Positions 36,346-50,379 are shown, counted from the stretch's first letter. The stretch is 64,000 nucleotides of DNA from Peribolospora baueri (GCA_029717555.1 JAMDHS010000001.1:1-64000); one strand, 5' to 3'. The notes: generated by a model not told the origin, from the letters alone. Translations and numbers: made by a program.

Positions 36346-39206
36346 TCAGTCATTCCGGCGACCAAAGTACTGATGACCCTGCTCCTCCGCCGTCCTAGCC
36401 TTGCGCGCAAACTTCTTCTCAACCTTCAACTGCCACGGCTCCTTCACCCTCTCTCCGTTGCCGTCTCGCCGCGAAGGACGGCCACCGGAGTACGCGCCGA
36501 ACCTCGGGCGAGCTCCGTCTCTGTAGTCGCCAAAGTCCCTCTCGCTCCCACCTCGGCGCATAGGCGAATAGGGGCCGTCGCCCTCGTCCAAATCATTCCG
36601 GTCATCCATCCGCGACTCCCCACGACCGTCGCCGCGGAGCGCAAACCGCGTCGGTTTTCCACTCTCGGCCCTCTCGCGATCCATCCGGCTCGTCACATGG
36701 CCTCTCATCTCCCATGGCTTCTTACCCTGTCGTTCAGAGTTGTAGGAATGAGTCCTCCGCTCCCTGCCAAAGTACTTTGTCCTGCCGTCGTCCATGCCCA
36801 ACTTGCGCAGGAACTCCAGGCTGACGTAAGGCTCCTCCTCCATCCCGCCAGCTTCCACCGCCCAGGCCTTGAGTCCTTCCAGCACGACCTGCTTCGTAGC
36901 GCGGAGCTCGGGTGTGCGGCCGATGTAGAAGCCGAGCATGCTCGCGAACACTTCTCGCACGTCCTCGGGGAGGATCCTGGCGAGGGTGCCCTCCAAGTGC
37001 TCTTCCATTCCGTTCAAGCGAGGAAGGATGGGCACCTCGATGGGAGCCAAACCTAGCTTAGGCCCATGCCTGAAAGCATCCCGACGATTCACGCCCGAGC
37101 GCGCCCCGGAAGTCATCCTCTGGAGCACTTCCTTAGGTATCATCGCGTCGCGATCAGCGTCGTACTTCGCCGCCAGCTCGTTCAGGTCGGTCTTGAACTT
37201 GTCAGCCGGAAGAGGCTGGATCGGCAAGTCTTGAAGCTGCCACGTCAAGAAGCCCGCCTCCCACGGAAGAAGGACGATGTCTCCACGACCATCATGACCC
37301 GCTCGTCCCGTCCGGCCGACGCGGTGGATGTACTGATCTCGGCTGGCTGGAATGCCGATTTGAACGACCTAGACAGGGCACATGTGGGAAAGGGGGACAG
37401 CACCACGAGGACGACGAAAAGAGCAAGGAAAAGGGTGAGCATAAAGACGGACAATCGGCTTTATCTGCGCGCCCCAGCTCAAGACTCGCTGCTCACCCTA
37501 GTCACGCCCGGGTAGTCGACACCCCTCGCGCTCACGTCCGACGTGACGAGCACGGACGCACCCCTCTGGTCTTGACGGAAGTTGTTCGACGTGCGGAACC
37601 GCTGATCCTGGTTCTTCTTGCTGTGGATTTCGTACATCGCAGTCTCACGACCGGCGGGCAGGTCTCTCGTCGTGTTCCTGAGAACGTTGTAGAACATTTG
37701 GGTCATCTTGGCCGTCGGACAGAAGATGATCACCTTGCTCTTTCCGGGATTCTGCAGTTGGTCATGAGCGATCAGGCGGAAGACGTGCGGGATCTGTTCC
37801 GAGGCGTTGGGCAAGATAGTGTGGTACTGAGGGATGTTGAAGTGGACGTTTTGCTCGTTCGGAGGGACCATGTCGATGAACCGGTGCTGGGGCGAGAGTG
37901 CGGCGCGGGCGATGTGCTCGATTTCTTTGGAGACGGTGGCGGAGAAGAGGAATGTCTGTCTCTTTTTGGGTAGGAAGTTGATGATAGCCTTGAGGTCGTC
38001 GCGGAAGCCCATTTCCAGGAGAGTGTCGGCTTCATCAAGAATAAGCTGCGAGCCAACAAGTCATACAGAATAATGAGCGATCAGAACGTTGACCACCGCT
38101 CGCCCCTCCAGCGGGTCACCCCAAGATCACTTACTGTTTGAGTGCCGGCGGCGGCATCTCTGACGGCTGGTTCGTTCTCGAGAAGGTCGAGCATCCGCCC
38201 GGGCGTCGCCACGACGACGTCCCTCCGTCCTTTATTCCAGTCAAACATCTGGCGACCCTTGCTGGAGCCGCCGACCAACAACCTCGTCTCAAACCTCTCG
38301 TGATAGGTCATCAGCTTGACCGACTCGTTGGCGATCTGCGTGGCGAGCTCGCGGGTAGGTGACAGCACCAGCGTTCCAACCGTGCTCTTTGCGAACTCCC
38401 TCACTAGGGCAGCGCGACTATGCTTGTCCAAGCTTGTAGGATCGAACGACTCCTTGTCCCTTCCAGTGCGTTCAGCGAAGACTGGATCCAATACGCCACG
38501 GGACGTCCGCTCGATGGCCAGTACGCGAGCCTCCAAAGCGGGAACAAGGTAGGCGAGAGTCTTGCCCGTGCCGGTCTTGGCCTTTACCAGCAGATCGCGA
38601 CCCTTTCCATCCGGCTGCTCAGCGTTCGGATCGGCGAGCTCAGGGAGGAGATTGAAGACGGCCGCTTGAACGGGCGAGAGAGTGTCGTAGCCGAAGGGTT
38701 TTCCGGTGATGGCACGGTAGGTATCATAGCTGAAATTCCTCTTGATGGGTTGAATCTTTATACGATTGTCTTTGTCTTTCGATTTCGTTTTGGAAGCAGA
38801 ATCAGAGACGATGTCATCTTCCTCTGTCTCCGGCTTGGGCTCAGACGACGACGGGCGAGGTGGCGAGGCCTCAAAAGGCGAATCCTCAAGAGGCTTGGCC
38901 GTGGCTGCTGAGCTTGACCATCTTGCTGAAGCCGAGACCGCGGTTACCGTAAATTTTTTTGGGACTGTTAAAGCACGAAAAGACCACCATGGTCGACGGT
39001 GAGAGCCAACGTTAGTCAACACTCAACGGTAAGCTCCGCGCAACGACAGCGCATGTGGACTACGCACCTGCGACAGGCCGGTCCAGGGAAGCTAACGTCG
39101 CACGAGAAAAGCATTTGACATGACCTGAGCTAAAAGTCCGAGCTCTCAGCGCGCCAAGGGTCGCGCGAGGCGTTGCCGAGGAAAGGAGGCGCAAAGAGGC
39201 GAGCAT
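36346..39206 (-). CDS. MSS116: Mitochondrial DEAD-box RNA helicase
   Basis: Presequence-like N-terminus, AKTGTGKT, PTRELA, TPGR, DEAD, SAT, SARGVDYPGVT and HRVGRTGRAG motifs, and an R/G-rich tail. Confidence 0.88.
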
Positions 39207-39714
39207 CGTCAAAGGCGGCCGGGAGGGGGATGAAATGGAAAGGGCTGCGAGCGAGCCTAGGCCAGTTGGGCAGTGGCAACCTCCGACGCCGTAGGGGTGA
39301 CGAGGAGTAGTAGCAACCGCGTGAAAAAGAAAAAAAAAGATATACACCGGCGAGGGTCTACCGACGAAAATCCCAGAGAGACACGAAGGAAGGTATTGGT
39401 AAAGCGACAAGGAAGACAGATGATTTTCTTCTCAAGGTTGATATTGACTGCGGCAAGGTCGGTGAAAAATTCGGCAGCGATTGATCAGCTCGCCGCAGTC
39501 GCGGAGCGGTAGACAGCCGATGTAATCGGGTCGATTCCTAGTCAACCGATCGTCCTCGGAAATAATTAGTGTACACAGCAGCTCGGACGGCCTAGCGTCA
39601 AACGAGGTAGGCGGCGGAGGGAGGAGGACATGTTCGCAAATACATCAAAATGCGAAAGACAATAAGGCAATGTGGAGGGGTAAGGTAGACATAGCACGTG
39701 CGGAAAAGCGTAGC

Positions 39715-41319
39715 TCAGAACCCTGCGTCCTCGGTAAAGAGCAAGCTGATGCTCTCGCCGTTGTGCGTGCGCCGGATGCTCTCCGCGATGACACCGCTCA
39801 CGTCAAGCGTCTCGAGCTTGCCGCCAGACGCCTCCGCCTTGTCTCCGGACGGGATTGTGTTCGTGACCTGACGCGGAAGACGGGAGAAGGTGAGCCGTCA
39901 GGGAAGGGCGCGCGTCGAGAGCGAACACGCGATGTCACGACGTACCACGAGTTTTTCCACGTCGAGCTTGCTGACGAGCTGGATCGCGTCGCCACTCAGC
40001 ATGCCGTGGCTGACAATGGCGTACACCTGCGACGCGCCGCTGTCCTTTAGCGTCTTGGCTGCCAGAGCAAGCGTACGGCCCGTGTCGATCATGTCATCGA
40101 TCAGGATGGCGACCTGAGCAGGATGAGGTACCAACAAATGCGTGAGCGATAGCCGTCGCCAGCGCGCACGTATCAGCGCAGACGGACCGCGCCGACCCAC
40201 TCACTCACCTTGCCCTTGACATCGCCCACCAGAATCTCCATCTTGGCCTGCCTCTCGGACCCATCTTCCTCCAAACTGGAATCTGGGTGCCCGCCGCTGC
40301 TCACCCTCACCCCATCCGCTCGGACGACCCACTCTCCGCCCTCGGTCACGGTCACACCGTTCGCCAGCGCGAGTTCACCAGCCGCCAAGGCACCGTCCGT
40401 CGGTGCTTCGGCAGCAATCGGGTGTTGCGCGCGCTTGCGATTTCGATTGATAAGCGCAAAGTCGACGTTGAGACGGTCGGCCAAAGAGGTCGCCCTGCAC
40501 GAAGGGAAGCGGTCAGGTTGTAAGTTGAAAGAAGAACAAAAATACAGAGAAGGAAACCAAGAGAGCTCTGGTATGAAATCCCGTCGGACTCACCTCTTGG
40601 CTCCTCCAGCGTCGGGACTAACGATGATGCTGTTCCTCCAGTCATCGACGTTGGTCCGGATCCACCGAGCGATGCTGGTCTCGCTCATGAGATTGTCCAC
40701 AGGTATATCGAAGAAGCCCTGGATTTGACTGGCGTGGAGGTCCATGGTGATGACGTGGTCTGCGCCAGCGACGGTGAGCATGTTGGCGACGAGTTTGGCC
40801 GTGATAGGCGCCCTGCTCTTGTCCTTTTTATCATGGCGAGCGTAGGGGAAGCAGGGGATGACGGCGGTGATACGACGAGCGGAAGCTGTCTTACACGCCG
40901 ATATGAGAATCAGGAGCTCCATTAGACTGTCGTTGGGGTCGGTAAAGGGAGAGTTGCCGGTCTGGAGAACGAAGACGTCCTCGTCGCGCACGGAGGCCTG
41001 GATGCGGACATCGATCTCCTGGTCACTGAACTTCTTGACGGTGGTCGGCGTCACAGAAATTCCCAGCCTGCGTATCCGCCCGCAAACCAAAGCGCGTTAA
41101 ACGGAGAGCGAGGGCGGTTGTGACGACAGGAAGGGGTTGGGCGGGGGATCATGCCTACCTCTCAGCGACGCTCTGAGCGAGCTCGGGGTGGCTGTTGCCT
41201 GCGTCGATGGCAGATGGGCAAGGAAGCGAGACGGTGAGTCATTCAACCGAATTCCATTCAAGGAGGAGGAACGGATCGCACTGACCGGTGATGAGCTTGA
41301 TCGCATTGCCGCTGAACAT
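39715..41319 (-). CDS. PRS1: Ribose-phosphate pyrophosphokinase (Prs1-type, with non-homologous insertion)
   Basis: [48 protein letters not shown] and [13 protein letters not shown]. Confidence 0.9.
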
Positions 41320-41703
41320 GTTCGCACCGCTCGTTTGATGACGTTCGGGTGAGAGAGGTCGAAGCGAAGAAGGGACGTCGAATAGATAACGGCGCGCGTT
41401 TACGCGGCCCAGAGCGGTGATTGGCCCTCGCCGATCTCTTGTGGCAGTTTCCATCCACTCTTCGGCTTCGGGGTCGTTCGTACCGTCGTCGTCTCGGTGG
41501 TTCCAGCTACCTCGGGTGGGGGTCTAGTGAGTGTCCTGTCGAGCGATAAACAAGGCCGGTAGCGCTAGGGGCAAGTCGAAAGCGTCGCATGTACGGCTAC
41601 TCGGGAAATTCGGGAAGTACGTGCGGGGGCTGAAGGTACAGGGACCCGGAAGTACGGGCTACGCCTCGCAACCATCACGGACATCGAGTGTAACGTCAGC
41701 CCC

Positions 41704-42788
41704 ATGTCTAAGGCTGGAGAAGGGGTACAACTACTTAAGCTGGCCTGCTCGGCGCTGAACGCCCTCTTCGATTAGACCTCGCGCATCCAGCTGATCATTC
41801 ACTTTAGATTTCAAACACGGTCGACGCCTGCAAGGACAGTGACGACAGCACAACTGGCCAAAGGGCCTATCACACCGCCAATGCCGGCTATTTCTTGCCC
41901 GCTGACGAGGCCGAAAGGGAGAGGTGAGCGAGGGAGGACGAGAGGCAGACGGGGATTCGAGGCGTCGGCGGCGAGGACGACGATCAGGAGAGCGAGTCCA
42001 AGAGCATCGTGCGGGTGCTGGACGCCGGCACGGGCACAGGTGAGCGCGATGTGGAACGAGAAGGATGACGCAGAGGCGGCCTTCGGTGCTCGCCCTCTCA
42101 CCTCCTCCTCGTCCCAATGGCATCTGGATAAGTGACTTTGCGTCGGACCATTCAAACACCGAGTTTTATGGCGTCGACATCGTCTCCCACCTCTTCTTCA
42201 AGCCTCGCCCCCCCCCAATGTCCGGTTCGCGCAGCTCAACCTGCTGGTGGACGCCCCTGCTCTCTCACGACCCCGCCTGGGCGTCTTTCTTCGACTTCGT
42301 CCAGCAGCGCCTCATGTTGGCCGCCTTCACCGAGGCTCAATGGATTTCTACGCTGGAGGAGTACTATCGCGTCCTAAAACCCGGTGGGTGGGTCCAGTGC
42401 ACAGAAATCAACTATCAAGAGCAAGGCACGCCCGAGAGCTCCATCCGCAAAGCCTGGAATGGTGCAGTAAACTCGCTTCAAAGTCTTCGATTGCGCCTTG
42501 AAGCTGCCCGACTTTCTTGCTCGGGCCGGTTTTGTCGATATCAAGGTGGAAAGGTGCGGTGTCCACGCGAACATGCCGATGCGATGGCGTGGCAACGTTG
42601 AGAAGAAAGGCGTGGCGAGATAGTGCTGCGAGAGCTTGGAGACCATAACGCACATCGGCAAACAGAAAGCGATCATCTCGGCCGACGAGTACGACAAGAT
42701 CCTTGCGCAAGTCCGCAAGGAATTCTATGAGAACGGCAAGGACGCGTACATCGAAGGCTTCGTCATCTGTGGTCGAAAACTCCTGTAG
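41704..42788 (+). pseudogene. LaeA/TAM-like SAM-dependent methyltransferase, degenerate
   Basis: YFLPADEAERER, VLDAGTGTG.W, YGVDI, FDFVQQR and YRVLKPGGWVQCTE are recognisable. There are frameshifts in the C-run at ~42210 and later, and a splice acceptor appears lost near 42120. Confidence 0.7.
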
Positions 42789-43623
42789 CTAGAGGTTGAA
42801 ATTGAGAGGCTGCCAGTGATAGAGCGATTGATATCGTCTCTCTTTCGTTGAAACGGCAAACGATGCGGTCGTAATCAAGCGGTGTGCGTATGGAGGATGC
42901 TGGAGTTACAGAAATGTGCTGCGGCATTCGAAATCCGACGCTCGGGCCATGTGTCGGACGGGGCAAGGCGCATGCGAGCTGTCGACGGACGAGAGCGCCA
43001 ATCGGTGCAAGGTATAATCATAGATGGGGCGAGGGCGGGCGTTGACAGGGTCCCCTCGTCCGCCGAGTCTTTGAGCAATTCGGTTGCTGGCCTCCGAACA
43101 AGCCTCACCATCGCTATTCGTGCCCGTCTTCCTCAAAGTCGTAGAAGCCCGCTGACGGTCGTGCGCTACGGTAAGCACCGACGTTCAGCGCTGGTCCCCC
43201 TACTTCAATCATCTAACCGTCCATCATTCCATCCCTACCGCATCACTGGCCAGGCAGCTACGATGGAGCATAGACATGAACAGTTTCGAGAGGGCGTCAT
43301 TTCATTACGGTGAAGAGAAATGATAGAAGTACGGGAGGGGGGGGGGGGTTACACACGAGAGGAATGGAATCATTAGAGGGATCAGAAGGAATGGAATATG
43401 TATATAAGACGACTCCGAGCCCGACCGTCCGTCATCGTCGACTCGCATTGAACATAAAAGTGGGGCCGGGAATCAAGCGATCAGCCCCCACTCGTCCGCC
43501 TGGCCCACCGGCAGCGCTGCTCCTTCACTCGCTCTAGTCGCCCACCTCTGGTGAGATCGTCGGAAAGCCGGTCCCTTTGCATTTGTTGCCATGATGTTAA
43601 CCGAGCTAGACCCCAGGCATTCT

Positions 43624-46600
43624 TCAGCCGCTTGCAGCCGACACTTGCGACACGCGACGGTGATCGGGAGAGGTAGTAGGAGCTTCGCTAACTCGGCGAC
43701 GACGGGGTAGGCGTAACACCTCGTCTCCTCCGACGACCGGCACGAGTGAGAAGGGCTGGACCGGTCCCGTGCCAAGCGTGCCCGCTCGTGGTCGCGTTCT
43801 TGGTCCCCTGCCTTCGATCTCTGGAGCCATGCTAGGTACGATGTCGACAGAGGCCAGTTGTCTACCTCGTTCGATCACGCCATGCCCGCCGCGGCGACGT
43901 GGGGGCGGCGGGAGAGAAGAGCCAGTCGTCGAAGCGAGAGGAGAAGACCCAGGCCGGTCCAGGTTCTGCAGTCCGAGCGAATCTCCTCCGGTCGACCCAG
44001 TCACCATAACGGTGTCGATGCTCGGGCTTCCGAAGCCGTGCGTCCCGGTGGCCCCTGAACCACGAGATCTGCCGCCTCCAAGCAGGCCATCTTGAGATCC
44101 TGGCCTGTTCATCGCGCCCGTCGACGTCGACGGTCTTTTGGCGACGGCAGTGACTGTTGCAGTCGGCCTCAAGTATGAAGGCGGGTACGGCACGGGTACG
44201 CCGAGACCTTTGATCAGTTCGCAAGGCTTCACGATGCGGTACTCCGTGCTGACTTGTTGACGAATCATGACGCCGCCGCTCAAGTCGTTCAGACGAGGCG
44301 TCTCGGGCAGCTGAGACGGAAAATGTCCGAGCACGCTAGCGGAACGTGGCTCGCCGTTGAGAGAGCTGCCACCCGCGGAAGGCGGCCTCGCGTTCCTCCG
44401 AGGGCTCATGACAAGGTTCGATGGCGTGATGCGGGCCGTGAGCATCTCCCTCAAGCTCGCTCCGCTCGCAAACTTCCTCAAGCCTCTCTTCGTCGGCGAG
44501 GGGCAGCGCGACACGTTGGGCGAAGGAGGTACCGTCGAGGACGCCCGCTCTGTCAGATCGTCGGCAGCATCCTCGTAGATGACCTTGCGGCTGGCCGAAT
44601 CGGAATGTAGTGAGCGCCGAAGAGATTCGGATGAGAACGAGCTCCGCGGCTTGCCGGTTCCAGTTCCACCTCCGACTCCGGCGGCCGAGTTCCGCCGGCA
44701 GATCTGCGCCTGAAACGTGTCTGTGTTAGACGAAGAGAGAGAGCCCGATTTGTTCGCGTGCCTGTACACCGGCGTCTGGTAAGGAATCTCGCTGGAGGGG
44801 AGGATCGTCTCTTGCATCTCCTCCTCTACGTCACTGCCTTCGCGACTCGGGCTGCTAGCGTTCATGCCTTGGCGGCTGCTACGGTCGTACCTGCCACCGA
44901 GGGAGTTGCACCGCCTGATTCCATCCGTGTCCGTCGACGCGGTCACCTCTTCCCGCTTCTTCCCAGGGCGAGGTGTTTCACTATCGGAGTAGACAGAGGA
45001 CGGCAATGGTTGCTTCGACCGAGCAAAATCTTCCGGCGTGTACAGCCTTGGGTGCTCTTGGGCCGCAGTGTCCAAGCTGACTCTCGACAAGACACGTTCG
45101 GGGCCGCAGAGTTCGATTCCTTGGACAGGCAAGCTTGTGAGAGGCGTAAGAGGCGTCAGAGGCGTCAGAGGAAAATCCGAGTCTTCTTCGCCCGAATCGC
45201 TGGGCCAGCTGATCGCAGTGTCGGCGTCAAAAGCCGACGACACCGCGGGAGGCGAATGGGGAGGTAGGCCAGCAGTGACCTTGACCTTTGTGCGCGGAGA
45301 CGGACTCTCCCCGTCACGAAGGCTCATTGCGCGATCAGTGAAGACGCGAGTCCTGCGAGCGGGGAGCTTGGACACCGGCGAAGCTTTCGTGACCAGGAAG
45401 GATGGAGTGGAGACCGGAAGGCACTGTACCGCGTAGCGATCTCTCTTCTGGTTCACTTCGTCGCAATGGGTATCCGGCTCCGATGCTCTTCTAACTTCGG
45501 GTACGCCGGAAGGCTCGGGCGGCGCTGGAGATTGAAGACTACCTCTCCGTAAAAGGCTGACTCCGCTCAGAATGGACTTGCTGCTGTCGGGCCTAGCCGC
45601 GCTCACAGGGCTCCCTGGTGCCGACTGCGATATTTCGGCGAGGGTGGTCTTGTTCAAAAGCGGCTGTGAAGAGGATCGCTGTACGCGTAGGGCTTGCAAT
45701 ACCTTGGAGGCGGCAGTCGGGTTTGTCACGTCTAGAACTGGCTTGGGAGACTCGCCGATGTCGTGTGAGACGATCAAGTTCCGGACTGCATTTGACGAGA
45801 GGATGGACGAGAGCTGAGAGGCGCCTTGAGCGTCGCTCGCTGAAGTTACGGCGATGGACATATAATCTTGACCATGAATGCGGGAAGGACGACGACCCAG
45901 GCGGTTGGACGGTGAGAGTGACCGGGGGCTCGAAGGAGAGGACCGACCTTCTGAGGCGGTGAAGAAGCTCCCATCGTTCAGGCTAGAGTTGGAAGCCAAA
46001 CTGAGGCGCCGAATGTTTCGGCGGCCGGGAACCTCTGTCCTCCTTTGCAGAACGTAAGCGGCCACGGGGGAAGGGGTGTGGAGATCGCTCGAACCAGACG
46101 CGTATGGCCTCTCCTCCATGACCGTGCCATCGAGCGGGGAGGGGGCCGGAGACCCGAGACGGGAGAGAGACGAGGTGGGCCTGCTGTCCGCTTTACGCGT
46201 TGGGCTCTTGTTGCGCGACAAGGACGTACGAACGTGGTCAAGGCTCTTCCGAGCGGTTGGAACCAGTGCCTTGCCCTCTCGCTGGCTGCTCCCGTCCGCC
46301 TGGCGCGCTTTCGACTTGACACGTTCCAGGGCGGCGACCCAAGCAGCCTGTTCTCGCTCGTCGCTGACTCGCAAGGTGACACTGGAGTCTTGTCCCTTGG
46401 TCTCCCGTACACCCTCGAGTAGAAACGGGTGGAGGTCGACGACATTGATTGACCGTTGCGATTGGATGGATTGCGTCAGTTCAGCCGTCTTGGAGACCCC
46501 AAACTCGGATGTAGAAGTCGAGGGTGGTGACGAGCCGGAGCGCTTTCTTCGATGGGAGCGCCAACTTTGCGAGCCCGAGTCATCCTCGCACCGGAGACCA

Positions 46601-47443
46601 AGAGAGTGATCCGATGGGGCCGTCGAAGACTCATCTGGGACCGCCGAGGCCGAGGGGTTAGTGGATATGGACTGGGTGGGAGAATGACCATTGGTGGACA
46701 AGAGCCTGCGGAAGAGCCCAAGCGATGACTTGGACTTGCCGACTTGTTTCCGCTCGAGTTCGCTCTTGGGGCTCGGCGTATTAGCTCCCTGAGACGAGTT
46801 GGAGGCCTCGGCCGGGGTAGCGATCGTCGGACCGATACGGCTTTTACCCGATCGAAGAGATGGCTCTCTCGACAGGACGGCAAGCACGTTGGAAATGGAG
46901 CCTGAGCGATGTCGGCGGAAAAACGAAGTTTCGCTAGCGGACGGGGGCGGAGACGGCGCATGTGTCGAAGCGGCATCCGTCCTAGACCTCGGCCTATTTG
47001 CGTTCACGGGGTGAAGTCCGATGTGGGAAGCGTGGGGCAACGGTAGCACTAGCACTGCCGAGGATGGCTCAGAGGCGGCGCTCCTGAAAGGCGAGGCGAG
47101 GGAATACAGCGATTACGTTAGGCGGGCTAAAGGAAACGGCGCAGATGACCCGCTTTCGTGCTCACCGGCTGCGGTACAGTGACAGCCCATCCTCGGTCAA
47201 GACTCCCCATACCTCTGTAAGTTGCCGCCCGTCTGCCTCGCCACTCTCGCCTTGGGAAGAGGATCGAGGAGTTGAGTGGCGAGAAAGAGCTATCGGAGAT
47301 GACCCATCTCGGTGAATGATGTGCACAAAGTCCTCCTCGACTGTCGCGGCCTCTTTTGCTGCCTCTGGCGCTCCAGTGCCACCCAGCAGGGAAATCGGGA
47401 CGAGCAAGGGGCCGGAGTGGAGACCAGCCGTTTCGCCAACCAT
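43624..47443 (-). CDS. Large Ser/Pro-rich protein with probable split PH domain (5' end uncertain)
   Basis: A 1,143-aa ORF plus an upstream exon. PH-like pieces are WGVLTEDGLSLYRS, LVLPL and TLRVSDEREQAAWVAALERV. Confidence 0.65.
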
Positions 47444-48448
47444 GTCGACAGCAGCGTCCTCTGGACGATGAGGTAGATGTCGGGTCTAGCGAGACTGAGA
47501 GGGCGTGAAGAAGCTATGCGGTCGTGGCTGTCGTGCGAGACGGAGGGTGTGATTGAGCCTTTGTCTGGTGTCTGATGTTCACCTCGAGCGAATGCTACCT
47601 GGTCGAGCGCTGGGCTCGGTATATAATGAAAAAAGGAGACTCACGAGGAAGAGACCGCCTAGCGAAGGCCTGGGGCGGCAGACGACATGAAAGCCAACTG
47701 TCGGGATCGGTAGAACGTGGAAATGGCCGACGAGGTTAAGAGAGTCTCGAATGACCCGGGTGATGGTGGTGGTGGTGGCAAAACAAACACACAGCGCAAT
47801 TGGAGGTAAGACGTGTTGTTGACATGGGAGGGCACCGGGTCGACTGTGAAGCCGTGACTGTGCCTTGCTCGCTTGCCCGCCCGAGCACGGGGTAGCAGGA
47901 TTTGGACGTCATCGGGAGAGAGTCCGGCAGGCAGAAGCGAGAGGGATTCGGGTTCGACTAGCCAAGCAAGACGTCGTCGTTAGCCCGCTTCGTAGGCTTA
48001 GCAACCAGCACGCTACGCTCTTCGTACGACAGCAGGGGGAATGAAAGGCCAGGCGACGCAAGCCAAGTCTGGTTGACTGTAAGGACGACGAGCACGGAGG
48101 CATGCCACCGTCCGCAAAGGAGGCGCGTTCGTAAACTGGGGTGGCGCGCAGGGGGGTCATCGCGACGGCGGCCATCGAGGAGGAACAAGAATACACGCTT
48201 CTCTTCTCTTTGCAAATGGCGCCCGGAGCTGCGTCGGAAACGTCGACGAGAGCCAGGCTGAGCCGAAGGAGGTGGTGGACGGGAGCACCAACGAACGACG
48301 AGTCAAGGAGGCCGAGGACCACGACGGTCGGCTCGTCGTCGGTCACGTGACCCCATTTGGCCCCAACCGCTCACAGCAGATGGAATGAACGGGATGGCCA
48401 CGTCCAACGCCGCCAACAACCAAGCAGGCACAGGACGAGGTGGCCGAT

Positions 48449-49043
48449 ATGAAGCAAGACATGAGCAGCGCCTCGCTGTCGTCCAAGATCAAGCCGCCCG
48501 CGGCTCTCACAGACGAGGAACGGAAGACGAGGGTCGAGGAGCTGGCACGGGAATTGAAGGAGCTCGAAGAGGAGCTGGAGTGAGCCCGCTCGCCGTTGCT
48601 CGTCGCACCCATTGGACAGACAGCATTGGCTTGGTTGGAGCCACCAAAGTTCAAGGCCCGTCTCGTCTGATGCCGCTCGCACTTGCCATTTGCCAGGGAC
48701 GAAGAGGCGGAGACGATTGTTCAAGACCGCATCCGCTTGTTACACGACTACAACGACGTCAAGGACGCCGCGCAGGTGAGCAACAAACCCCGCCCTCGCG
48801 ACCATGCAGCTGCTGTGCGTTGACTGAATGCGCTCTGCGCCCGCCCTGTTCTGCTCTGCTCTGGCCTCCAGGCTCTCATCGGTAGGGTGAGATGTGCCCT
48901 GGCTTTTGCTTTCCGCGGCCCATGGCGCCTAAACTGACTTTTTTGCTTTCCGACCCATCTTCGTCCGCGGCAAGATCGCCATCATGGAGGGCACGACGGT
49001 GAAGGAGCTGTACCCTAGATTCGATCTCGAGCTAGACGACTAG
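48449..49043 (+). CDS. SAE3: Swi5/Sae3 family recombination mediator
   Basis: Spliced product ...ELEEEL..EAETIVQDRIRLLHDYNDVKDAAQ|ALIGR|IAIMEGTTVKELYPRFDLELDD* matches the Swi5 (S. pombe)/Sae3 signature. Confidence 0.85.
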
Positions 49044-50379
49044 CTTTTGCTCCCGGACCCCCTTCATAACCTGTGTCTGTCCCCACTGTATGTTCAGTTT
49101 CGAACGCCCATGTAGTCTAGCGTATCATGTAGTTTCTAGCACAGCGGATGAACACTGTCACTCCATAGGTTGGACGACACGCTCTGCTCTGGGATGGACA
49201 CGGGCGCTCTTTCTCCCACCGTAAGAGACGGACGGGGGCAGAGAACCCCGAGTAAGGCAGGGCAGGCGGCGACTCGCCAGGCGGCGACTCGCTAGTAACC
49301 CGACCCGAGTTCGTGAACGGCGGCGATACCAATAGAGAAACGCCAGCGTGGGTGGCTTGCTGGAGCAATGATCGGATGCCGAGGGCATTGGGGACCGGGA
49401 AGGAAGAAAGAAATGCCGTTGATTTCGTCTGCGAGGATGGAAGGTTCGGCGGCGGCCTGTTTAAAGGAGCAGAAGCACCACTCCGGGAACCGGGTCGGTT
49501 CGGCGGACCCCTGCGCAAATCTATGTATGGCTAGTCGCCGCACCTACAACCAACTGTCGTTTGACCGCAATAGGGGCGTTGACAAAATACGCCAAATCGG
49601 CCCCAACGATATCTCGTCAAGGTGCGTATCGCTTTCCCAGCCAAAGCCGAGGGCTACTCTTTGACTTCAAAAAGGTGGAATGTTGAACGAGCACGTAGAA
49701 GAGAGCAAAAGGCATCTTTGCTGGTAAACCCCCCGCAGAAAAAGATGCCTTCTCATGCCTTTCCCTCTTCTAAGCGAATAGGACGTCCCGCCCGACGGTA
49801 ACGCTGGAAGAAAAAGCGCATCGACGGCGCATGCCCGCGAGAATCGGATCGGGGACGGTCAGCGTACGAAGAAGGCTGCGAGAAGGAGCCGTAGGTGCGG
49901 TGGGGAGGAAAGAGTCTTCGGAGTGAGCGAGCGAGCATTCAGATCGTTCGTTGCGCGTCTGCGCTGGGATCCATAATCATATCTCGAGCGAACGTCGGGA
50001 ACCGAAGCTCGTGTCTGTGGACGTGGCCATCCTGTCTCGAGCGTTCGCGTGTTGCGGCAGTGCCGACGCGAGGCGGCAGTAGGTAACAAACTTTCCGTTA
50101 CCGTCCCGCGACATGGACTATTAACCACTATAAATTAGATCGATACGGCCAATCCATCGGATGAGATAGATGACATCTCCTTCATGGCGAGCTGGTGACC
50201 GCCGTACAGCACAAAGCCGCGAGGGAAGGATGGAGGGCCGTTCGCATCTGTTTCTTTTCTGTTCTTTTTCCACCCGAAAATGCTCTTGGCGACAGGCTTG
50301 ATACAGCCGCCGAGGTTCGCAACGGCGGCTCCTGTGTCAACATCCGGTTCTGTTCGCAGGCGACCCGACCGCGACCACC

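Noticed and set aside
41600..41620. RNase P CR-I-like GGGAAATTCGG
   Set aside because: No matching CR-V/P4 partner was found. It sits in a promoter region with repeated CGGAAGT-like motifs.
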